Notes under the pieces: model-generated | The model's input: only the letters and a program-made list of their open reading frames with translations | What the model was told of the DNA's origin: nothing | Database searches by the model: none | Virus record (IMG/VR): IMGVR_UViG_3300034071_001210 | Span: 32,001-96,000 of that record | Source: a virus | Lineage: Duplodnaviria; Caudoviricetes | Direction: 5' to 3' (one strand) | DNA length: 64,000 bases | Shown here: in pieces, positions 48,285 through 55,157 of the stretch | How positions within the stretch are numbered: position 1 is the stretch's first letter | How the letters are laid out: each line of letters starts with the position of its first letter | Made by a program: the position numbers and the translations under genes

Positions 48285-48581
48285 ATGACAGATCGAGATC
48301 ATTGTATGGAAGTCGTGAAGGCGTATGACAAAGTAACCATCGTGATGGATTGCATCATGGAGCATTGGTTAGAAGGCAACTGCAATCCACCCAAGGAACT
48401 GATCGATGAGTACTTCGAGACAAAGGATGCAGCCCTTCAGGCGTTGTATAATGACTTCGAGAACATCAAAGCGAATCAAGTCTTTGCTGAACGAACTCGT
48501 GGTATGAACAGAGCATTTTATAAAAAAATTGATAAACAATTTGGAGTAACTGAAACGCCCATGTTGTTTGAAGAGGATTGA
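48285..48581 (+). CDS. Hypothetical protein
   Basis: AAGGA RBS. Confidence 0.75.
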   Translation: MTDRDHCMEVVKAYDKVTIVMDCIMEHWLEGNCNPPKELIDEYFETKDAALQALYNDFENIKANQVFAERTRGMNRAFYKKIDKQFGVTETPMLFEED

Positions 48582-48586
48582 TTTAC

Positions 48587-48659
48587 GGCACGGTAGTCCA
48601 AAGGCAGAGACAAACGACTTAAAATCGTTCAAGTGTGGGTTCGACTCCCACTCGTGCTA
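48587..48659 (+). tRNA. tRNA-Leu(TAA), short variable loop
   Basis: GGCACGG/TCGTGCT acceptor stem; AACGA-CT-TAA-AA-TCGTT; GTTCGAC. Confidence 0.85.
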
Positions 48660-48664
48660 CATCT

Positions 48665-48738
48665 ATTCCCGTAACTCAGTTGGATAGAGTAACAGATTTC
48701 TAATCTGTAGGTCGTTGGTTCGAATCCAACCGGGAATG
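48665..48738 (+). tRNA. tRNA-Arg(TCT)
   Basis: ATTCCCG/CGGGAAT acceptor stem; ACAGA-TT-TCT-AA-TCTGT; GTTCGAAT. Confidence 0.93.
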
Positions 48739-48739
48739 C

Positions 48740-48767
48740 TTGACTTGATTGAAAGGAGAGACATAAT
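48740..48767 (+). promoter_or_regulatory. Sigma70-type promoter (TTGACT-16-CATAAT)
   Basis: Hexamers read directly, upstream of tRNA-Ile. Confidence 0.55.
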
Positions 48768-48869
48768 GTATTCAATACCATATTTTATGTTTGACGGTGT
48801 TCATAAAACCGTATAGCGGTAACCTACGGTTGCACGGACAAAGAGGCATCCGTATGAAGGCTTCATTAC

Positions 48870-48944
48870 AGAAGGGTGGCTGAAATTAGATATAGCGCAC
48901 ACCTTATAAGTGTGAGTATATGGGTGCAATTCCCATCCCTTCTA
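48870..48944 (+). tRNA. tRNA-Ile(TAT)
   Basis: AGAAGGG/CCCTTCT acceptor stem; CACAC-CT-TAT-AA-GTGTG; non-canonical T-loop TGCAATT. Confidence 0.8.
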
Positions 48945-48946
48945 TT

Positions 48947-49258
48947 ATGAAAACTATTAAAACTCATATTCCCCAATTTCACTTTGAACCATTACTAATG
49001 ATGTCTTGGCAAGTAGACCATGATGTGATCCATTTCAAGATGGAAGATGCTTTTGACATTGAAGAAATTGATCTTCGTTTAGTCGTTGGTCTTACTGATG
49101 ATGGGATGCCTTCTGTTGATGAAGATGACATCATTGAGGCTGTTGCTGAATCCGTTTACGGTCATGAGTATGAGGTGTATCCGTACAAGGCAATTCGTTT
49201 TCTGAAAAACGATTTGATTCCATATATAAACGAACATTTTCCAAAACCCATTTCATAA
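48947..49258 (+). CDS. Acidic hypothetical protein
   Basis: ATG 2 nt after the tRNA-Ile 3' end; 103 aa. Confidence 0.7.
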   Translation: MKTIKTHIPQFHFEPLLMMSWQVDHDVIHFKMEDAFDIEEIDLRLVVGLTDDGMPSVDEDDIIEAVAESVYGHEYEVYPYKAIRFLKNDLIPYINEHFPKPIS

Positions 49259-49358
49259 GTTCCTGCCCGTGAGAGTCGTCTGGGTCATACCATCTTAATC
49301 TTCTTTAAGATTAAGATAACATGGGATATGACGCTCCTACACGGGCAGGAACTTTTTT
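49257..49358 (+). other. Long rod-like hairpin ending in a T tract (terminator and/or ncRNA)
   Basis: AAGTTCCTGCCCGTG/CACGGGCAGGAACTT outer stem; ATCTTAATCTT/AAGATTAAGAT inner stem. Confidence 0.65.
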
Positions 49359-49367
49359 ATTAATAAT

Positions 49368-49451
49368 CTACTATCAGGAGTTCCTTTATTGGAACTCCTG
49401 ATAGTTGTGGATGGGACAGGACGTGACCGATAATAATAATGTCAAATATTT
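49368..49451 (+). repeat. Hairpin module H5
   Basis: Hairpin 49368-49407; inner GAGTTCC/GGAACTC. Confidence 0.9.
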
Positions 49452-49464
49452 GCTCAACCCAATC

Positions 49465-49492
49465 TTGCAGTCACAACATTTGCGGTTACAAT
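49465..49492 (+). promoter_or_regulatory. Island promoter P12
   Basis: TTGCAGTCACAACATTTGCGGTTACAAT. Confidence 0.85.
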
Positions 49493-49498
49493 GTACAT

Positions 49499-50443
49499 AT
49501 GAACAGCGACAACTACAATTTCTTATCGTCTGATGTCTCCCTCGTCCCTGCCAAGAACGACACCTTCGTTCCGTGGGGTCACTTCGAGGACATCGCAACC
49601 ATCCTCGCCTCCAAGCACTTTGCTCCCGTGTACATCACGGGTATGTCGGGCAACGGCAAGACCACTATGGTCGAGCAGATCTGTGCGTCTGCCGGACGCG
49701 AGATCATTCGCGTCAACATCACCGCCGAGACTGATGAAGATGACCTCATCGGTGGATTTCGTCTTATCAACGGTGAAACCAAGTTCGTGTTCGGTGGCGT
49801 GATTCAAGCCATGCAGCGTGGAGCGATTCTGCTCTTGGATGAGATCGACCTTGGTTCGGAGCGCATGATGTGCTTGCAGCCTGTGCTTGAAGGCAAGGGC
49901 ATCTATGTGAAGAAGATCAGTCAGTATGTGCGTCCTGCTGCCGGGTTCAACATTGTTGCTACTGCCAACACCAAGGGCAAGGGCGAGTCTGATCGGTTTG
50001 TCGGTACTCGTGTTATGAACGAAGCGTACCTTGATCGGTTCTCGTATTGGTTCGAGCAGGACTACGCGGACAAGACCATCGAAGCCCGTATCATCATTCG
50101 CAAGATGGGTGCATTCGGCAAGGTGGACAAGGAGTTTGCTCAGTACCTCACGAAGTGGGCGGATACAATTCGTCTTGGCTTCAAGGAAGGTGGACTCGAT
50201 GACATTATCACGACTCGCCGACTCGAAGAGATCTGCAAGGCATTCGCCATCTTCGGCAACAAGGAGAAGGCAATCAAGTTGACTCTGACGCGATTCGATG
50301 CGTCAACCAAGGAGGCGTTCTACAATTTGTACACGAAGATCGACCCAACAATTCTGCCCGTGCCTGAAGGCATGGACAAGCCAATTCAGTATGCAGGACA
50401 GCAGCCTGTTGCTCCGGACACTAACTACGCCGTTAACGCCTAA
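49499..50443 (+). CDS. cobS: CobS-like / MoxR-type AAA+ ATPase (leaderless)
   Basis: GMSGNGKT, RVNITAETDEDDLIGGFRL, LLLDEID, ATANTKGKG, NEAYLDRF, ITTRRL. Confidence 0.88.
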   Translation: MNSDNYNFLSSDVSLVPAKNDTFVPWGHFEDIATILASKHFAPVYITGMSGNGKTTMVEQICASAGREIIRVNITAETDEDDLIGGFRLINGETKFVFGGVIQAMQRGAILLLDEIDLGSERMMCLQPVLEGKGIYVKKISQYVRPAAGFNIVATANTKGKGESDRFVGTRVMNEAYLDRFSYWFEQDYADKTIEARIIIRKMGAFGKVDKEFAQYLTKWADTIRLGFKEGGLDDIITTRRLEEICKAFAIFGNKEKAIKLTLTRFDASTKEAFYNLYTKIDPTILPVPEGMDKPIQYAGQQPVAPDTNYAVNA

Positions 50444-50461
50444 CCGAAAGAGGACACTACC

Positions 50462-50740
50462 ATGCCATATCTTAACAAGCGCAATCGTTTCATCGCAGCC
50501 GCAAAGCAGTACGCCGAGGATCACAAGAAGAATAATTTCTTCTTCACCAAGGACGAACTCAGGACAATCGCTTCTTCCATCAACATGAAAGGCGCACCAA
50601 CCTGGGTGTTGAATGAATGCAAATGTGATGTTCGTACTCTTGCTCACAGCAAGAAGTGCTACGACATGAGTGCTTTGATTCAGCCTGTTTCAGTTCCCGT
50701 GATGGTTCCAAGTATTGTGGTTCACCCAGTCTCAGTCTGA
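50462..50740 (+). CDS. Early hypothetical protein
   Basis: GAGGA RBS; 92 aa. Confidence 0.75.
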   Translation: MPYLNKRNRFIAAAKQYAEDHKKNNFFFTKDELRTIASSINMKGAPTWVLNECKCDVRTLAHSKKCYDMSALIQPVSVPVMVPSIVVHPVSV

Positions 50741-50807
50741 CGCTGTTTGTAGTGTTTAATGTGACATAGACACGACCTCTCCCACTCGTTGTGGGTGAGG
50801 TTGCTGT

Positions 50808-50893
50808 CTACTATCAGGATTCGGCCCCTCTGAATCCTGATAGTTGTGAAGGACAGGATGGGACTGGCTGATAATAATAATATGAAATAATTT
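50808..50893 (+). repeat. Hairpin module H6
   Basis: Hairpin 50808-50846; inner GATTCGG/CTGAATC with a G-T pair. Confidence 0.9.
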
Positions 50894-50905
50894 GGTGGGT
50901 ATGGT

Positions 50906-50933
50906 TTGCAGTCACGACAGTATCGGTTACAAT
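50906..50933 (+). promoter_or_regulatory. Island promoter P13
   Basis: TTGCAGTCACGACAGTATCGGTTACAAT. Confidence 0.85.
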
Positions 50934-50939
50934 ATGCAC

Positions 50940-53018
50940 ATGAACACATCTCTCTCCATCTTCGCCAAGGCACTCGCGTCCGAAAACCTCTCGTTCTCCT
51001 TTAGCAACAAGGCTGAGACTGCATCGTTCGATGTCAAGTCCCGGCACCTCGTCATGCCCATTTGGAAGGTTTCCGAAACGGTGCAGACCATGTTGATCGC
51101 CCATGAGATCAGTCACGCCCTGTGGACTCCTTACGAGTTGTCCCGTACTCTCCTTGATGCTGCCGAAGCCGAGGGGTACAAGATCGACAAGTTGCAGCGT
51201 ATCGCCAACATGATCGAGGATGTTCGTATTGAGAAGTTGATGAAGCAGAAGTTCCCCGGTACTCGCCGTGACTTCTTCTTGGGGTACAAGGAGATCAACG
51301 ACCTTGACCTCTTTCAGTTCAACACCTTGGACTTGAGTGCCATGACTCTCAACTCTCGCCTCAACATTCACTTCAAGTGGGGTGTTCCGGGATTCATTGA
51401 TGTTCAACTCTCTGCCCAAGAGCAGGAGATCGCGGATATGGTGGACAGCGTTGTCACTTTCGAGCAGTGCATCGAATTGGCAAAGTACCTGTACGGTGAT
51501 CCGGATGCTGATGGCAAGAAGCATGAAGTCGAGGACAACAACAAGGGTTTGGCATTAGGAAACTCTATCGATGGTTCTCAAGATCCTTCGTTTGAGAATA
51601 TGTTGAGTGGATTGGCAAGTCGCAAGGGTTCGCCGTTGGCTTCCACGACTGTGGTCATCGGTGGAGTGAAGGACTTGAACCGACAGATCATCAGCACCGA
51701 GCAGGTGTTGGAATCGTTCACCATTCATCCTTGGGCAGAAGAGACTCTCAACAACACCCCTGACCTCACGGCATACCGTACCTTCGTCCGTGAGTCTGAT
51801 GCATTCGTTCGTCAGTTGGTTGCTCAGTTCGAGCGCAAGAAGGCAGCGGACGAGATTCGCCGTGAACGCCCAAAGCAGACGGGTCAGTTGAACCTTGATC
51901 GTCTTCATCAATACCGCACCCATGACGATATCTTCCTGTCGAAGATCGTTAAGAAGGATGGCAAGAATCACGGGGTCATCTTTATGATCGACTTCTCCGG
52001 TTCGATGCAGCCTACGCTCAATCACGCAATCCTTCAGGTTCTTCAGTTGGTTTGGTTCTGTGAGAAGGCAAAGATTCCGTTTGAGGTGTTTGGCTTCACC
52101 GATGTTGGTGAGCATTACATTCCGAACCAACCCGGTTTCGTCAAGGGTCAGGATTCACTTGCGAATGAAGCGCATACTTGCCGTAACAGTATTCGCTACG
52201 GTGATGCTCGACTGATTACGCTTGCTTCATCCCGTGACGATGCGGCAAAGCGTGAACAACTTCTTGCCCTTGTCTACGAGACTTTCGTAACCAACACCCG
52301 TATGACTCCTGCAACGCTTCGTCTGAGCGGAACCCCAACGGTGGAAACTGTGGCTGTTGCTTCACAGTTTATGAAAGAGTGGATTGTGGCAAACAATGTG
52401 CAGATTCCTACGCTCATGGTTGTCACGGACGGTGAGCCAAATGGTTTCAACCTTGTGAACGATGCCACAGATTACACCACCTATGGTGATGCAGGAAGTC
52501 TGACTGTGGTGAACCATGTTGCCGATACCGTGACTCGAACTACGATTACGAATCGTGACAATCTGTCGAACGCAGTCATCAGTACGATGCTTGATTCGAT
52601 GCGGACAAAGTTTGGTGCGAGAATCGTTGGAATGTTTGTTGGTGGTAACAAGGCATTGCCTACCGGGATTTACAATAAGTTCTGCATTGCATACAACGAG
52701 AACAACTCGTACCAAGATCACGAACGATACTTGGCTGCAAGTGAGATGTACAAGTCTGAAGGTTGCATTCTTGCTCACTCCGAATGCTCACAAGGATACG
52801 ATGAGTTCTTCATCATCAAGACTCCGCAGATCGTCAAGGACGAGGACGCGATTGCCGATAGCGGAACCTTCACCAAGATCAAGAACACCTTCATTCGTAC
52901 AATGGGTAAGCGTTCTTGCAGTCGAGTGTTCCTCTCACGGTATGTGGACATTGTGTCCGGACAGCCTATTCGTAAGGGGGCTGATGCTCTCTACGGAAAG
53001 AAGACGGCTAATGCATAA
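50940..53018 (+). CDS. CobT-like metallopeptidase + vWA domain protein (leaderless)
   Basis: AHEISHALWT, NMIEDVRIE, MIDAS IDFSGSM, SGTP, VVTDGE. Confidence 0.88.
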   Translation: MNTSLSIFAKALASENLSFSFSNKAETASFDVKSRHLVMPIWKVSETVQTMLIAHEISHALWTPYELSRTLLDAAEAEGYKIDKLQRIANMIEDVRIEKLMKQKFPGTRRDFFLGYKEINDLDLFQFNTLDLSAMTLNSRLNIHFKWGVPGFIDVQLSAQEQEIADMVDSVVTFEQCIELAKYLYGDPDADGKKHEVEDNNKGLALGNSIDGSQDPSFENMLSGLASRKGSPLASTTVVIGGVKDLNRQIISTEQVLESFTIHPWAEETLNNTPDLTAYRTFVRESDAFVRQLVAQFERKKAADEIRRERPKQTGQLNLDRLHQYRTHDDIFLSKIVKKDGKNHGVIFMIDFSGSMQPTLNHAILQVLQLVWFCEKAKIPFEVFGFTDVGEHYIPNQPGFVKGQDSLANEAHTCRNSIRYGDARLITLASSRDDAAKREQLLALVYETFVTNTRMTPATLRLSGTPTVETVAVASQFMKEWIVANNVQIPTLMVVTDGEPNGFNLVNDATDYTTYGDAGSLTVVNHVADTVTRTTITNRDNLSNAVISTMLDSMRTKFGARIVGMFVGGNKALPTGIYNKFCIAYNENNSYQDHERYLAASEMYKSEGCILAHSECSQGYDEFFIIKTPQIVKDEDAIADSGTFTKIKNTFIRTMGKRSCSRVFLSRYVDIVSGQPIRKGADALYGKKTANA

Positions 53019-53040
53019 GGCTTAGTAATACAAAGCACAG

Positions 53041-53076
53041 ACCCCGTACCTGGAAGGAGAGAGCCAGGTACGGGGT
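53041..53076 (+). terminator. Hairpin/terminator
   Basis: ACCCCGTACCTGG/CCAGGTACGGGGT. Confidence 0.7.
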
Positions 53077-53089
53077 TATGTCATTGCAG

Positions 53090-53160
53090 CTACTATCAGA
53101 TCCTTCTTTTCAGGATCTGATAGTTGTTATCGGACGGGATGGACGGTACGGACGATAACC
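53090..53160 (+). repeat. Hairpin module H7 (no island promoter downstream)
   Basis: Hairpin 53090-53126 followed by CGGACGGGATGGACGGTACGGACGATAAC. Confidence 0.9.
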
Positions 53161-53220
53161 GCGGATGGCCTCAAAGATTCTGTAATAAATTCGAGCTAAT
53201 CTGAATTGTGGTACAGTTGC

Positions 53221-53248
53221 TTGACTACCCCCATATATGGTGTATAGT
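53221..53248 (+). promoter_or_regulatory. Sigma70-type promoter (TTGACT-16-TATAGT) facing a non-coding region
   Basis: Hexamers read directly. Confidence 0.6.
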
Positions 53249-53511
53249 ATAAGTCTGTTCATGCGCCCTATAATCCCCGAGTCCTACGTGAAATATTCTC
53301 GTCCTTATAGGACTCGGGGTTATGGGACGTTACATGTTATCGGTATGTCATTTCTTCTCAGTATTCTGAGCCTTGCATTGGTTATAGGCTGTGCTATACT
53401 ATTCATGATACTCGCAGGTATTATTCACCCTTCCAGAATACTCGGACAGTATTCAGCTGGACAAGATTCTCAAAAAATTCTGAATATTTCTGAGGGCCCA
53501 GAAGAAAAAAT

Positions 53512-53625
53512 CTACTATCAGGGCTTCCTGGATGTCTACCGTATGCGTAGGCCGGACGGGATCTAGACTCGGACGGGACCTGGAGAGGGTTCGGCTACTC
53601 TCCTCTCTGGGTCCTGGACGGGATA
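53512..53625 (+). repeat. Degenerate module H8 (CTACTATCAG + three GGACGGGA)
   Basis: Left foot present, right foot lost; GGACGGGA at about 53554, 53571 and 53616. Confidence 0.6.
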
Positions 53626-53964
53626 TAGCGTTTTGTAAGGCTATTGCAGTTTTTTAAGAATATTTGCGTACTTCCAGGTACTTCCTGGATGGCGTTTGTC
53701 AAATTCTCTAAGAAATTGCAAATATTTAATAAAATTTGTAGTATTTACTTGACTCGTAGAATCGATTCTAAGCCCTTGGGGGGTCTTGGACGCGATTTGA
53801 TGCCTTGAAGGTGCTCAAAGGGCTCTAAGGGGGGTTCAGAGACGATTAGAGGGGGTTTGGGTGACACTCACTAACTGTACATCCCTCAAATTTTCTTTAA
53901 ATTTCTTCACCCACTTAGTAATTTTCATTCCCCACAATGCCCCATAATACCCCACTCCATTATT

Positions 53965-54366
53965 TTAATCTTTTTTCTTCTCTTCTCCATCAATATTTTC
54001 TAAATCTTTTTGAGTAATTACATATGCCTTGATACTCTTCTTATGTTCTATATCGTGTGCTTTCTTTACTCTATTCAATCCGTCTGCTACTGATATGGTT
54101 CCATCCTTGAGTTTGATTCCCAATATTGGATAACTGGTATCTGCATCCATCATTCTTTTCTTGTGATTCTTATTATCCATATCGTATTGCTTGTTCCACC
54201 ATTTTAATGCGTCTGTATCTTTGATGTCTACAGTTACTTGTTTAGTATGTTTTTTAGCCCATGCGTATACATCAGCAACTTTGTAATCCTTATTGGTTAC
54301 ATCAGAATGCATTTTCTGATCTTTCCAATTTTCTGCTTCTGCTAAAAATTCTTTAAATTTCTTCAT
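53965..54366 (-). CDS. ParB/Srx-like protein with capsid-targeting leader
   Basis: MKKFKEFLAE start; DTSYPILG...VADGLNRVKKA. Confidence 0.7.
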   Translation of the reverse strand: MKKFKEFLAEAENWKDQKMHSDVTNKDYKVADVYAWAKKHTKQVTVDIKDTDALKWWNKQYDMDNKNHKKRMMDADTSYPILGIKLKDGTISVADGLNRVKKAHDIEHKKSIKAYVITQKDLENIDGEEKKKD

Positions 54367-54370
54367 GGTA

Positions 54371-54568
54371 TTACTCTCCTCCACCACCATCTCCACCACC
54401 TTCACCACCACTCTCTCCCTCTGTATTATGTTCATGTCCATAGAAATTAAACCCATAATATGGTGATGTATATCTCTTTGCTTTCTTCTTGGTTCTTTTC
54501 TTTTTCTTTTTGGGCATATCAAGATAAACATCATAGTTTTCTTCTAAAAATTCTTTAAATTTCTTCAT
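54371..54568 (-). CDS. Small protein with capsid-targeting leader
   Basis: MKKFKEFLEE; basic patch; Gly/Glu tail. Confidence 0.7.
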   Translation of the reverse strand: MKKFKEFLEENYDVYLDMPKKKKKRTKKKAKRYTSPYYGFNFYGHEHNTEGESGGEGGGDGGGGE

Positions 54569-55101
54569 TGTTTTGTTCCGTGTATAATTCCCTTTTCCAA
54601 TTTTGCATCAGGAAATGTTACTTGTACTGTCTTTAAATAATCTCTTAATCTTTGATTTCGTTGCCATGAGTCTTTTCCAGTCTGCTTTCCTGCTCCCGAT
54701 CTATCTCCTTCGTAAACATCAACATAGACTCTTCCACCCGGTTTCAGGGCATCGTGGGCTTGTTGAAGTACTGTATGATGATCTGTCTCATCCTGTATGA
54801 CATTCAGTACATTGAAGAGTGATGCGGTATCTGCCTGCCCTGATCCGGCTGTTTGTAATACTCTTTCATTGTGGTCGGCTGGTCGATTGTATGGATCATA
54901 AACATAAGCACGTACTTGACGATCTCCCAAGAAGTCTGTTCCCATATCATGTTTACCACCACCAATGTCAATATGAGTCGTATCTTTTTGCCAACCATGA
55001 AGTTTCTCTACAGTTTTAAAGGCTTGGGCTACTTGAGGTCTTGAAGTTGCCGCAGAAGTAATATTCTGGTCTTCTAACAAAAATTCTTTAAATTTCTTCA
55101 T
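54565..55101 (-). CDS. Class I SAM-dependent methyltransferase-like protein with capsid-targeting leader
   Basis: MKKFKEFLLE; IDIGGG, YDPYN, NVLNVI, LKPGG. Confidence 0.8.
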   Translation of the reverse strand: MKKFKEFLLEDQNITSAATSRPQVAQAFKTVEKLHGWQKDTTHIDIGGGKHDMGTDFLGDRQVRAYVYDPYNRPADHNERVLQTAGSGQADTASLFNVLNVIQDETDHHTVLQQAHDALKPGGRVYVDVYEGDRSGAGKQTGKDSWQRNQRLRDYLKTVQVTFPDAKLEKGIIHGTKQ

Positions 55102-55157
55102 GGTATAATATTTATTGAATAGTTGACTTATTGGTATTATGTTCTATAATTAATCCC

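Noticed and set aside
41625-50940. Recurrent peptide motif CSH(D/N)...YN near the N-terminus of many ORF-track proteins
   Set aside because: It is the translated promoter TGCAGTCACRACA...TAYAAT, in frame only because it sits a fixed 33 nt before the true start; the upstream extensions have no consistent start or RBS
43271-53126. Canonical integron attC or REP/RAYT elements
   Set aside because: The left foot is CTAC rather than RYYYAAC, GTAG is not at the 5' foot as in REPs, and no IntI or RAYT gene is in the window; kept only as an analogy
41300-53200. Diversity-generating retroelement or retron explaining the repeats
   Set aside because: No reverse transcriptase motifs and no TR/VR pair with adenine-specific differences in this window
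43271-53530. CRISPR array (TCTACTAT resembles part of the Cas12a repeat)
   Set aside because: Copies are 0.9-2.8 kb apart and separated by whole genes, the GTAGA half of the Cas12a stem is absent, and no cas genes are visible
53237-53566. 109-aa ORF
   Set aside because: It starts inside a promoter, has no RBS, and runs through hairpins and a repeat module; probably non-coding
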